Of a stretch of DNA of 64,000 bases, positions 12,882 to 24,440 are shown piece after piece. The stretch is taken from assembly GCF_030144855.1 (NCBI RefSeq), contig NC_082731.1, positions 10,726,001-10,790,000 of the forward strand, in the 5' to 3' direction. Both the position numbers and the translations under genes were made by a program. The stretch's first letter is position 1. Each line of letters starts with the position of its first letter. The notes under the pieces were generated by a model. That model made no database searches and was not told where the DNA came from. It was given only the letters and a program-made list of their open reading frames with translations. This stretch comes from Hypanus sabinus. Lineage: Eukaryota.

Positions 12882-13059
12882 TTCCTTGTGCACCAATACA
12901 AGATCATGTGGTCAAGGCACAAATTACAATCTTGCTTAACGCCGTTTCTATTCCGCACAGCTATTTTTATGGCCAATAATCCCTCGAAAATAGCATCTGC
13001 ATTGTACAGTTCAGAAACGGGTTAGCAGTGTTCTTTCTCCAATTACCAAATGCATTGGT

Positions 13060-13149
13060 GATTTTTGAATTGCAGAGTCCATGCTTTGGATCACTGTGGC
13101 AGTTTTGCACTCGTCAGTTGACACAGTGGTTCATTCAATAGCAATAATG
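13060..13149 (-). other. IgNAR: IgNAR D1 segment (13099-13121), 5' 12-RSS and 3' 23-RSS
   Basis: GATTTTTGA-23-CACTGTG [GCAGTTTTGCACTCGTCAGTTGA] CACAGTG-12-GCAATAATG; coding strand frame 1 reads STDECKT. Confidence 0.88.
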
Positions 13150-13347
13150 TCTCCATTTGCATAACTCTGGAAGGACAAAGTGACGTTGCACCTCCAGCTG
13201 TTCCCACTTGGATATGAGCGGCATAGTGACTGTCGCTAACGTTTTATAAACCAACCCTCGCTCTACAGTGTAATACGTTACTGCTCAGCAATTTTATTCT
13301 CCAAAAAACCGAAGCAATCATAGTTTCTCGCGTGAAAGATTTTCTAA

Positions 13348-13385
13348 CGTATTTGAATTGGCTTGTGCTCAACTTCGTTACTGTG
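13348..13385 (-). promoter_or_regulatory. V recombination signal (22-bp spacer)
   Basis: Minus strand heptamer CACAGTA (13385-13379), 22-nt spacer, nonamer TCAAATACG (6/9), directly after ...YFCRAHYD. Confidence 0.82.
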
Positions 13386-13660
13386 GTCGTAGTGAGCACG
13401 GCAGAAATACGTGGCTGTATCTTCAACAATTAGATTCCTGATCTGCAGCGAAGAGGAGTTTGTTGGCTTGTTGAGAGATTCCGCATATCGTCCTCCAATC
13501 GATAAGGTTTCGTTATTGGTTTGACCGGGTCTTTGGCGGTACCAATGTGTGCTATGCAGCCCACAGGTGGTATTTTTTAAAACACAGTTGATGGTCAGAG
13601 TTTCGCCTGTTTGTTTTGTTGCTTCTTTTGGTGTCTGTTCTACCCATACACTGAAGGCAT
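13386..13660 (-). CDS. IgNAR: Germline VNAR exon, type II-like
   Basis: Acceptor TTTTCCTCCCTTCAG|AT. Mature VWVEQTPKEATKQTGETLTINCVLKNTTCGLHSTHWYRQRPGQTNNETLSIGGRYAESLNKPTNSSSLQIRNLIVEDTATYFCRAHYD has C22, C29, W36, C83 and the short no-CDR2 VNAR spacing. Confidence 0.95.
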
Positions 13661-13788
13661 CTGAAGGGAGGAAAACAAATTTAATCATCACATATCTGAA
13701 GCAGCACAGGATGTAACATAAAATGAAATTTGTTTACGCAACGGCAAAATAGTAATCATAATTCTCTTTAAAAACGAACAGCACGTAC

Positions 13789-13831
13789 TCGGTAACCACG
13801 CTAAAAATATCAAAACACACAACATAATCAT
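13789..13831 (-). CDS. IgNAR: IgNAR leader exon (MIMLCVLIFLAWLP-N)
   Basis: ATG at 13831, hydrophobic core ending LAWLP as in IgNAR leaders, donor A|GTACGT, 128-bp intron joining in frame to NAFS-VWVEQ. Confidence 0.92.
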
Positions 13832-13920
13832 GGTTTCTTCACCACCAGAAAGCCTGTTAAGAAGAGAAAGTTCTAGACATCAGCGTCGGCTGTCTGTGCA
13901 ACCTTGTGAAGGAGCAAAGA

Positions 13921-13955
13921 CTTTATAAGCCTCGAGAGTCTGGGCTCATTTGCAT
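13921..13955 (-). promoter_or_regulatory. IgH-type promoter: octamer ATGCAAAT and TATA-like TTATAAAG
   Basis: Plus ATTTGCAT 13948-13955 (ATGCAAAT on the coding strand, heavy-chain orientation) and CTTTATAA 13921-13928, about 90-125 bp upstream of the ATG. Confidence 0.8.
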
Positions 13956-14605
13956 AATGCAGAAGGCGTATCAATTGCGATTATAGCTCGGTTAATGATA
14001 TTCATTATCTCCGATATTTCCATAATTACATTGGTGAAATATATGAGCATAAACGTATGATAGAGATATAGAGAAAGATGTCCAACCGCACTGAATGTAT
14101 TTCCATTCTTCTTTGCTTAATTATCTGGAGAGGGCTTCAAAAATGTCTTAAAAGCATCCATGAGTAACCGTCAACAAGAGACAGCAAATGCACTAAAAGC
14201 CATTCGTTTAATCACCATGAATAACTAAATAATATTCCTGTTGTTGCACATTACTGTCTTGTGGTCATTCGTCTGTTTAACATTGGTAGTCAACATGAAT
14301 CTGAGACCAGCCGTTGTCAGAAAACTGACCTTAAGTTTATTGTCAATGGTGGTGTCTTAGAATTTAGTAACCTCGCTTGCAGTCTATGTGCGTAATAACG
14401 AAGCAACACACAAGATTCTGGAGGAATTCGGCTAGACAGGAAACATTACTGCGAAAAAAGAACTCAGATGTGCTTAATTTCGGGCAATAATCCGGGTCAT
14501 TTATGGTCAGGAACAACAGAACAGGGAAAGCACCACAGCCAGATTTAGGGACGCAGATCCTGTCAGGTTGTTTATGCCATGTTATTCGAATTTCGAACAA
14601 ATATG

Positions 14606-15730
14606 TTGGTACCATATTATCGCTGTCTTGATGTAACGAGGTTGATGCATCAAAGCACCACATGGAGATTTGTAAAAGCATTCATTATTTCTCTGCAACA
14701 TTGTGTCATGAAGGAACTGCCCAGTAAAAAAGTGTAACATGTGGAAGGAGCAATCAGTGGCTCCTGCGCACCTATCTGCAGTTGCCATCCGTTATCGCCC
14801 ATCTGTTCTGTATTGGTGACCGCAACATCTGAGGTCGGGTTTGCCCCTTACTGCATTTAGAAGGAGGTGTTCACTTACATTTCAGGAAGTAAAACTATGG
14901 GATGAATTAGTGAATACAATTATACCATAGGATGGCAGATAGAATAGTTGGGCGGAGGCGGCAGTAGTCTTATACAGCTGTTTCAGTGAACGGAGCTGTC
15001 ACCTGTACTGCGATGAAAAATCAAAGTTATAAGCATATTCAATGTACATTCACGGTGATGGTGGACAAATGTAAGCATTTGATTTAATTGAGATTTTACC
15101 CTGTGGCTTCTCAATACATTTAGCTTGTATGCTGGCTTCGGAAATAATACAGTGATCAGTTTGTAACCGCTCTCCAATAAAATTCAGAAAGCCATATACA
15201 CACATTCCCAATATTGTTTCTGGGCTCCAGATAAACACTGAGCAAAATTTTAAAACTCTGCTTCTACAAAGAGTGATGGAATTGATAACGGAAAACAAGA
15301 AGTTGGCAGATGATTTGTTAAAATATATATTTTGTGTCAGAGGTTACAATCGAGAAAGTGTCAGAGACCAAAAAATGTGTAAAGGATGGGAGCATTCGTT
15401 ACAATTGCAATTGGCAGGTCAGTAGTATTGAAACAATTGTCGGAGCACTGGACGGCAAGTCTCTGGGTTTGATAGATTCGTCGAAGAGATGGAGAAGTAG
15501 TGGCTAGTAAGATGGCTTTTGACTTTGCAAAAACAATTCCAACATAGTTGTGATTTCAGTGAATAGACCTAAAGTTCAATCAAATATGCCATCAAATGCA
15601 TCAAGTACATGGAAATAACTCTTCGCATTTGTTCAGCTTTTCAGTATTCTATATGAAAAAACTACAATAAATGCAGTCCTGGGCCAATTAACTCTTCTGC
15701 AGATTTTTTCAAGTTTTTGAAATGTGATTT
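14606..15730 (+). repeat. Local duplication, copy 1 (~1.1 kb)
   Basis: Colinear with 18744-20319 from TTGGTACCA to AAATGTGATTT. Confidence 0.9.
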
Positions 15731-15739
15731 CAAGGAATG

Positions 15740-16990
15740 TGTATCTCAGGGCAGGTGTGTGTCGCCCGTGTTGCTCCTTTGCTCAAGTATGGAGATGGCG
15801 ATAATTTGGAAATAATAAATTGGTGGGTCTCATGACAGAGTTAGGGGAACAAATAAGATGATTCTTAGGGACAGAATTTATGAGCAATTGGAAAAACATG
15901 GCCTAATTAGGGATGGTCAGTATGGTGTTGTGCAAAAGCAGATCATGTCTGAGTAAAATCATTGAGTTTTTCGAGAAGGTGGAAGTGATTGGTACAGATA
16001 GAGATAGAATATGTCTACGTAGGTTTCAGTGAGATATTCGACAAGATCATTCTTGGGAATCTCGTATAGAATATTATGAAGCACTGCATCCAGAGAGATT
16101 TGGCCATTTGCATTCATAATTCTGTTGTCTACAGAAGACAGAGTGTAGTAATGAATGGCTCTTATTCTAGTTGCAAGTATGTCACTAATGTTCTTCTGTT
16201 CTACGACTTTCGATGTTTGTGATTATATATTCATACACATCGCTTTAACACAACCGTAGATGTGGGGAATAGTAAGTTTGTAGATGGCAGGAAGGAAGGT
16301 AGTATTATGGATAATACAAAGGCTTGCCAAGTGTGAGAACAGAAAATAGATCAATTGCAGAAATTGCAGAGAAAACTCAGACAGAGATTTAGCCCTGCAA
16401 ATATAGATGCTGCACTCTTGAAGATCTAATGTAAAGTCCCATCTACACAATTAGCGACAGGATCCTTTCAAACTTTGAGGTACGGAGCGATCATGGGAAT
16501 CCATGTCGACATCTCACAGTTGCAGCCCATTTGATAGGATAGTAAAGAAAATAAATGCAATGTTTGTCTTTATTAATCAGAGAACTGTGTTCAAGCATCA
16601 GGAAGTAATGTTTCAGTAATGTAGAAGAGGTTTAGGAGAATGCTGCCTGGATTAGAGGGTATGGGGTATAAGGAGAGCTTGGGAAACAGAAATTGTTTAC
16701 TCTTGACTAACGTGGCAAGAGAAAACCTGAAAGCACTTATAAATTTATGGGAAGCATAGAAAGACTAAGCAGCCGAAATATTTCCAACAGGATCGAAATG
16801 TGTAGTGCTAGAGGACATATATTTATGGTTTGAGGGAAATTTGAAAAGAGATATGCGGCGCATGTGTTTTACATGGAGAGTGATGTGTGTCTGGAATGCT
16901 CGACTCAGGCTGATGGCAGATACAGATACAATGGAGATGTTCAGGATGGTCTTGCACAGGCACATGAAAATACAGAGAATTCTGTGTGCG
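15740..16990 (+). mobile_element. Old CR1 ORF2/3' remnant
   Basis: Degenerate CR1 RT-like and 3' segments (ATTGAGTTTTTCGAGAAGGT, GAATGCTGCCTGGATTAGAGGG). Confidence 0.65.
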
Positions 16991-17350
16991 TGTATGGGGG
17001 GTGGGGGTGAATCATGTGCTAGCCGAACGGATGAGTATAATTATGCATTATTAGCTCAATTAGAATTAAAAGCTCTGATTATTAACATTAACAATCAAAT
17101 AAAATGACTTGAACTTATTATCATAACCGTAGTATATAAAAGCCAGATTAACAATCATTATAGATTTTGATTCTGTTTGACCCATCATTATAGATCGTAG
17201 GTTTTTTGTAATCTTACATTGGTATAGTGGTGTTAGTAGTTACAAACTCTGGAAATCAGTCCAGCTTGATGAAATATAAGAACAATCTAACGCTGAGACG
17301 TAAGTCGTCCTTCTGAAGATCTCAGATTAAAGATTCAATCACAAATAAGA

Positions 17351-17515
17351 GAAGATCTGCAGATGCTGGAGATCCAAGCAACACACATAAAATGCTGGAG
17401 GAACTCAGCAGTTTAGACAGCATCTATGGCTGTGACCCGAATTGTTGACTGTACTTTCCATGGATGCTGCCTGACTTGCTGAGTTCCTCCAGTATTCTGT
17501 TGTGTTGCTCGGACT
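17351..17515. repeat. Palindromic short element (Penelope-terminus-derived hairpin family)
   Basis: AAATGCTGGAGGAACTCAGCAG...CATCTATGG versus CCATGGATGCTGCCTGACTTGCTGAGTTCCTCCAGTATT; same family as 38781 and 42297. Confidence 0.75.
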
Positions 17516-18743
17516 AACGATTGTTGTAATGAAAGTGACTGTGGAAATGAGGTCTTGGCACAGGATAGATTAAAAGCAGCAGTGTCTAGTAGATTATGAA
17601 TCAAAACTGTGGCTCGCTAATTACAAGGTTATATTTAAGTGAATTGGGATTTTATCAAGGAAAGTTTAGTAGATTCAATGCGCGAATCAGAACATATCCT
17701 GATGTTCAACTTATGCTTGGAGAGCAAAATGAAGGGAAGACGCTGCCTGCTTCCGAAGAAAGATGGATCTGAAGGGAAAGGACTCCCTTGCTCTGGGTAA
17801 AAATCAGAATAAACTTGTTACGCTACGACACCAAATCCCCAAATTACTACTTTTCGGAATGTAGAATGTATAATACGAAGAGTACTTCAAACAATAATAT
17901 TCATCACTTTTGTATTCCAACTTTGCAAAAACCAGTTGGTATCTATGATCCTTTCACACCAAATTGACATTGTAATTCATTGAGAAAATATGTTCCATGC
18001 CTTATAGTCTTATGGTCTTTTATATCTAAAACGTTGAACTTTAAAAACGATGTGTATCAGATAATCAATCGAAAGGCCTTCCCACATATGTCAATAGTCT
18101 ATCCAACTGAGGACCCACGAAGAATTTGGCAGGGGCTCTATTTCCCATTATGATCCCGCCAAGACAGTGAGCAGAATTTTACTCTTGGTTGCTTGTTGTA
18201 AACGTGCAATGTAGTTGAGCCAATATATATCCAATTCTTTAACTTCCTAGTTCCTCTTAACACAAGAACACTTACATTATATATTCTTTTCTCAACTTTC
18301 CAAAACAAAATGATACCTGTCACACTGTCCAAAAATTTTATTTATTTACCCAAATCCCTGTCTACCTTCGAAGCTCGTTAACCGCATGTTTATTCTTTAC
18401 TTCATTCTGGAATATTAATTCCTGTTAGTGACAATCGACTGAATAAATTGCACGGAAAAGGAAACAAAGATTGGAGACCATGTTATGTGATAAAGCCATG
18501 CCAATTTCATGGCGCTATGTAAGGTTGCCAAATCTTTTAACGGGCACAACGAAATACTTTATTATCACTTGAAACTAATTGTGCTATCCGCTTCAGTGCA
18601 ATGACTGAAGAGCAGAAAGATTTGAAAACAAATTGAAACCAATATTCATAATTTTCACAGTCTAACAAGAACACTTTCGATTGAGGGTATTGCCATGACT
18701 TTAAATATGTTTATTCATGCAAAAGGTCTAGTCTATTTAATTC

Positions 18744-20319
18744 TTGGTACCACATTATCAGTGTCTTGATGTAACGAGGTTGATGGTTCAAAGCAGTACA
18801 TGGAGGTTTGTAAAAATATTCATTATTTCGCTACAACATTGTGTCATGGAAGAACAGCCCAGTAAAAGAGTGTAACGTGTCGAAGGACCAGTAAGTGACC
18901 CCTGCGCATCTATTTTTAATTGCCATCCATTATCGCCCATCTGTTCTGTATTGGTGACCGCAACATCTGAAGTCGGGTTTGCCCCGTGCTGCATTGAGAA
19001 GAGGTGTTCACTTAACTTTCAGGAAGTAAAACTCTGCGATGATTCAGTGAATACAATTATACCACATGGTGACAGATACAATAGGTGGGCGGAGGTGGCA
19101 GTAGTCTTGTACAGCTGTTTCTGTGAGCGGAACTGCCACCTGCACTGCGTTGAAAAATCAAAATCATAAGCATATTCAATGGGCATTCACTTGATGATAG
19201 ACAATAGACAACAGGTGCAGAAGTAGACCATTTGGCCCTTCGAGCCTGCACCACCATTTTGAGATAATGGCTGATAAACTACTATCAATACCCGGTTCCT
19301 ACCTTGTCCCCATATCGCTTGATTCCCCTATCAAAAGATACCTATCTGGCTCCTTCTTGAAAGCATCCAGAGAGTTTTCCTCCACTATCTTCCGAGGCAG
19401 TGCATTCCAGACTCCCACAACTCTCTGGGAGAAGAAGTTTTTCCTTAACTCTGTCCTGAATGACCTACCCCTTATTCACAAACCATGCCCTCTGGTACTG
19501 GACTCTCCCAGCATCTGGAACATATTTCCTGCCTCTATCTTGTCCAATCCCTTACTAATCTTATATGTTTCAATCAGATCCCCTCTCAATCTCCTTAATT
19601 CCAGCGTGTACTAGCGCAGTCTCTCTAACCTCTCTGCATAAGGCAGTTGGATGTTGGACAAATGTAAGCATTTGATTTAATTGAGATTTCTTCTGTGGCT
19701 CCTCAACACATTTAGCTTGTACGGTGCCTTCAGAAGCAATACAGTGATCAGTTTGCAACCGCTCTCCAATAAAATTCAGAAAGCCATATACACACATTCA
19801 CAATATAGTTTCTAGGCTCCAAATAAACACTGAGCAAAATTTCAAAAACTCTGCTTCTCCAAAGAATGATGGAATTAATAATGGAAAACAAGAATATGGC
19901 AGATGATTTAAAATATATATTTTGTGTCAGAGGTTACACTCGAGAAAGTGTCGGAGACCAAAAAAATGTAAAGGATGGGATCATTCGTCACAATTACAAT
20001 TGGCAGGTCAGTAGTATTGAAACAATTGTCGGAGCACTGGACGGCAAGTCTCTGGGTTTGATAGATTCGTCGAAGAGATGGAGAAGTAGTGGCTAGTAAG
20101 ACGGCTTTTGACTTTGCATAAACAATTCCAACATAGTTGTGATTTCAGTGAATAGACCTAAAGTTCAATCAAATATGCCATCAAATGCATCAAGTACATG
20201 GAAATAACTCTTCGCATTTGTTCAGCTTTTCAGTATTCTATATGGCAAAATTACTATCAATGCAGTCCTGGGCCAATCAACTCTTCTGCAGATTTTTTCA
20301 AGTTTTTGAAATGTGATTT
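18744..20319 (+). repeat. Local duplication, copy 2, interrupted by a CR1 3' fragment
   Basis: Matches 14606-15730; extra block 19197-19650 is absent from copy 1. Confidence 0.9.
19197..19650 (-). mobile_element. CR1 3'-end fragment with short tandem-repeat tail
   Basis: ATAGACAATAGACAA tail then reversed CR1 3' sequence (CCATTTGGCCCTTCGAGCCTGCACC...TTCTTCCTTAACTCTGTCC). Confidence 0.8.
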
Positions 20320-20329
20320 GGTCCTTCGG

Positions 20330-20760
20330 TAGTTGATGGGTCCGTGGTGAAATAGATAAGCAATAGATACTAGATAAGTTACTGGGTGACGTAATCTCAG
20401 AGCAACTATCCTGGGCCAACACATTGATGGAATCAGGAATTAGGCACTTGAGGAGATTTGGGATATCACCAAATGTTTCAGCAAATTTCTACATATGCAC
20501 GGTGGAGAATGCTCTGACTGGTTTTATCGTGTAGTCTGTTGTAGTTGCTTCAATGTGAATTATTGAAAGAGGCTGCTGAGGGTTAGAGGCTCAGTCAACT
20601 CTAGCACAGACATAATAGTTCCACCATCATATATATCTTCCTCAGGCGGCATCCATCATTAAGCATTCTCACCATCTGAGACATACCCTCTGCTTATTAT
20701 TGCATCGAGGAGAAGTAGAGCCTGAACACCTACTCTGTGCCATCAAGTATATGAACAATC
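20330..20760 (+). mobile_element. Old Rex1-like remnant
   Basis: GAGGAGATTTGGGATATCACC...TTTCTACATATGCACGGTGGAGAA parallels the Rex1 FYRCTVES region. Confidence 0.55.
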
Positions 20761-21229
20761 CTTGAAACTATCAACACAATCTTGTTATTCTGCTTGTGTT
20801 TGTTTGTTTATTTATTGTAAATTATAATTATTTATGTCTTGTACTATACCTTTGCTATGAAACAACAAATTTCACAATGTCAGCGATGATAAATATCACT
20901 GATTCCAATTACATTCTGATTCCAATTTCAATAATTCTGGAATTGAAACCCATCCAACAAAGATGCACCGTACCTTACACACTGGAGTGCAAAAATATAC
21001 TGTCTGCTGCTGTTTTAGAGAATCATGATAGGTTTATGATACTTAGTTGCAATTTAAGCCTGGTGATCTAAAGATGTAGTCAGGATATTTGGAAGAATTC
21101 ATTGAGGAATTAGTGAGGTCAGCCATATATCTACTCAGTGAGAAAATGAACGGCAACGATTTATAAACCAAATGCCGTGGAAGATTTGGAAAAAGATTAA
21201 CTGTTTCTAGTTATTGTCAAATGCTGAAC

Positions 21230-22560
21230 CTTGAAAAGCATAGTGAAGAAAAAGACAGTTATTAAGGACTACGGGATAAATGGATATGTGTTTTGCAGAA
21301 CTCTTCGCAGTTTGAACATGGAACAAGAGCTCTGGTTAGCAGTTGGGTCTTTTGCTTGTTCTGTCTCTCCTTTCACAACCCCCCTATATTCCTTGCGGCA
21401 GTGCAGGTACTCGCATGTATCGCAGTTCCATCTGGAAAAAAGTTCCTCCAGGTACATGAACTGAGTGCAATGTCTTCTCAGTTTCTAGATGTAATGTTGA
21501 CTTTCTTCAGTCTGATTTTGATGATGTATTTGAAGCGTTTCCTCTGCAATCAGATCACGTCATTCAACTGAGAGTAAAGTATTTGTTTCGGGAGAAGAGG
21601 GTTAGGTATTTGATTTACATGATCTATCCATCGGTGATGGTGTTGCTTTATCGTGGTGGAGGTGCTGTTCATGTAAGCTTCCTCCAGTGCTGTAGTGCAT
21701 CTGCCCTTCCAGCATATCCTCAAAACATATCATAAGTTTATTTGGTGGCATTGTTCAGGGGCTTTTCAGGATCCTGCTCCATAATTCAGCTCCATAAAGT
21801 AACATAACTCAGAAGACTGCTTTACAGACCAAAGGTTTTGTTTCGACCCCAGAATGTACCTCATTTGAGGAGGAAGACCAGGATGATGTGTGATTGTGAA
21901 TGGGATCTGGTTCTTTTGCCGTTTATATTGGATATCAGTGTACTTCAGTGCAAGATTCTCAGTATGATCACTCGCACTGTGTCACCACTTAAAACAGTGA
22001 CAGGCATGGAATGTTTAGGAATCAGTTAGGTGCAGCATTTTCCCAAGGAGATTGTGAATAAATCCTTCAACTCCCGTTGACCGCGTTTTAATCTCTTTGG
22101 GTATCAAAACTTGTCTGGTGCATGATCTATTGTCAGACATCAGAACAACAGGAGCTGAGTGATTTGGACCAATGATTAGGATTTAGATTTCGTGGTTAGG
22201 GAATAAAGATATTGACGAAGGCATACTAGATCTTTTGTTGGCAAACACAGGGATGCTCTTGACTACACAAATCTTCTTTTAGCCAGAGCCTCCACGTTTG
22301 TCACGCTTTGAATGGCCTAAAATAGTCTTTGCAGTTGAGACTGCGCTTCACCTGTGAATCCATCGAGTTCATTAATTACATCCGGTGCGGCCTCCTCTAC
22401 AACTGTGAGATGAATCAGGGATGGTAGACGGCTTCGTTGAGCACCCTCACTCAGTCGGCCGTAACATCCAGCCATTTTAATCGCACTTCCCATTCCCAAC
22501 TGACATATCTCTCAAATGTCTCCTGTAATGCTACAGTAAGATCTGTCGCAGGTTAATTGA
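21230..22560 (-). mobile_element. Decayed RTE-clade LINE 3' part
   Basis: Minus strand LLPKQILYSQLND...QRKRFK..IK..LKK and EEAAPDVINE...AQSQL.RL correspond to RTE ORF2 C-terminal motifs. Confidence 0.65.
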
Positions 22561-22739
22561 ATAACACCTCATATTCCAAGTTCACAGTATCCAGCCTAAC
22601 GTCATCATTATCGGCTTTTTTCTTCTGGTGACCAGTCCCCTCTCTTCTCCTGCTCCTTTATTTTTTCATCCCTCTTGCCGTATACGCAATATTTTCCCCT
22701 CCACACCCTCACGCACAGCCCATTACCCATATCCTCTTT

Positions 22740-23530
22740 CTGCAGGTTAGAGTCAAAGTCATAGAAATGCATAGCGCAGTAAAAAGCCCTTCAGCACATC
22801 TAGTCCGTGTCCATTGAATTAAACTGCCATGCACATTGACCTGCACCCGGACCATAGCCCTCCATACCACTCCCATCCATGTACCTATCCAAACTCCTCC
22901 TAAAGTTGAAATCGAGTTTGCATGTTCCGGTTGCGCTGAAAGCTCATTCACCACCCTTATGACAATCTGAGCCAAAACATTTCCCATCATGATACCCGCA
23001 AACACTTCACCTTTCACCGCAATCCATGGCCTCTAGTTACGGTGCCACCCAACCTCAGTGGAAAAAGTTTGCTTACAGTTGCTCAGAGTTTTGCATATCT
23101 TTATAAAATCTCCCCTCCATCTTCTATGTTCCAAGGAGTAAAATCCTAACCTATTTAATTTTTCCACATAACCGAGGTTGCCAATCCTGGCAACATTTTC
23201 TCTGTGCTTTTCGCAATCTTATTTATATCTTTCCTGTCGGTTGGTGACCAAAACTGCACACAATACTTCAAACCCTGGTTTGTCCTACTGAAGTGCAACA
23301 TCCTGAACATGTTTGGAATAAAATTCATCTGCCTCAAATTTCACAAATTCATTACTCCCGGCTAAAGAAAATTTTCCACATCACTGTTTTAAATGGATGC
23401 CCCTTTAGTTTGAGGCTGTGTCCTCTTGTCCTAGATTCCCCCACCAAGGGAAACGCGCTTTCCACATCTACTCTGTCTAGGACTTTCAATGTTTGGAAGG
23501 TTTCAATGAGATCCCCACGATCCTTCTAAA
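22740..23530 (-). mobile_element. CR1 3' fragments
   Basis: Reversed CR1 RT-end/3' UTR (TACTGCACACAATACTTCAAACC, CCCCTTTAGTTTGAGGCTGTGTCCTCTTGTCCTAG). Confidence 0.65.
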
Positions 23531-23539
23531 TTCCAGCGA

Positions 23540-24440
23540 CTGCTGGCGCAGAAGAAATCTGATAGGAGAGAAGAGTGAACTATGGGAGAAAGGGAAGGAA
23601 GAGGGTTCCCATTGGAGGTGAAAGGCAGCTGAAGAAAAGAGAGAAGAGACCAAAGTGTGGAAATTCTGAAGAGGCAGGGGAAGGGAAATTAATTACTGGA
23701 CGTTGGAGACATCGAAAGTCATGCCATTAGGTTAGAGGCTAACTAGAGGGAATGTGCGTTGTTGCTCTTCCAAACTGAGAATGGCCTCTTTGCGGCAGAA
23801 GAGGAGGCCATGGAATGACATGCTGGAACGGGAATGGTGATAGGAATTGAAGCTGGCTATCCAAATATCTCGCTTTCAGCGCTAGAGCTGAGGGGCTTGA
23901 CAAAGTGTTCGCCCAAAGCGGTACGTCGTTTTTTCATCAATATAGACATGGCTGCATCAAGAGCACTGAATACAGCAAACTACCACAACAGGGATGCAGG
24001 TTAAGTGTTGCCTCAGCTGGAAGGACTGATTGGGGCCCTGAATAGAAGTCAAAGGGAAGTGAATGGGCAGATGTTGCTCTTCTGACGCTTGCAGGTTAAG
24101 TGCCAGGAAAGGCATTAGTGCGGATCAATGAATAGACAAGGGGATCACAGTGGATCCCTGCAGAAAGTGGGAGTGGGGCGGGAGCTGATACAGATGCCTT
24201 GGTGGCAGGGTCCTGTTGCAGATGACGAAATTTTCGGAGAATGATGTGTCAGATGCGGCAGCTCATGTGGTGGCAGCAGAGGACTAGGCAAATATATTCC
24301 TCAGGGGACAGGTAACCGTGGATGTTCTGGAAATGGAGGAGATGTGGATGACTGCAGTATCCACGGTGGAGGAAATGTCTGCTGTTCATTTCACTCCATA
24401 AATTCTGCGTGAACTGCTGAGTTCCTTCAATATTCTGTAT
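23540..24440 (-). mobile_element. Decayed Penelope-like element (GIY-YIG region)
   Basis: Minus strand VCCIQCS*CSHVYIDE resembles the VYCIRC..CGLLYIGET endonuclease motif; partial hairpin-family terminus near 24390-24440. Confidence 0.6.

Noticed and set aside
13386-13660. NAR-TCR (TCR delta locus) interpretation of the VNAR-like exon
   Set aside because: Three D segments, a heavy-chain octamer promoter and a downstream IgNAR-type constant exon, with no supporting TCR V domain after J, fit IgNAR better.
14670-14705. RSS-like CACAATG-23-TTACAAATC in the duplicated block (also 18808-18843)
   Set aside because: The adjacent sequence does not translate as V, D or J and the nonamer register is poor; likely a cryptic match.
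21269-22499. Protein-like ORFs (WNCDTCEYLHCRKEY...; LRFTCESIEFINYIRCG...) suggesting host exons
   Set aside because: They fall within or opposite an RTE LINE remnant whose ORF2 motifs explain the coding-like composition.
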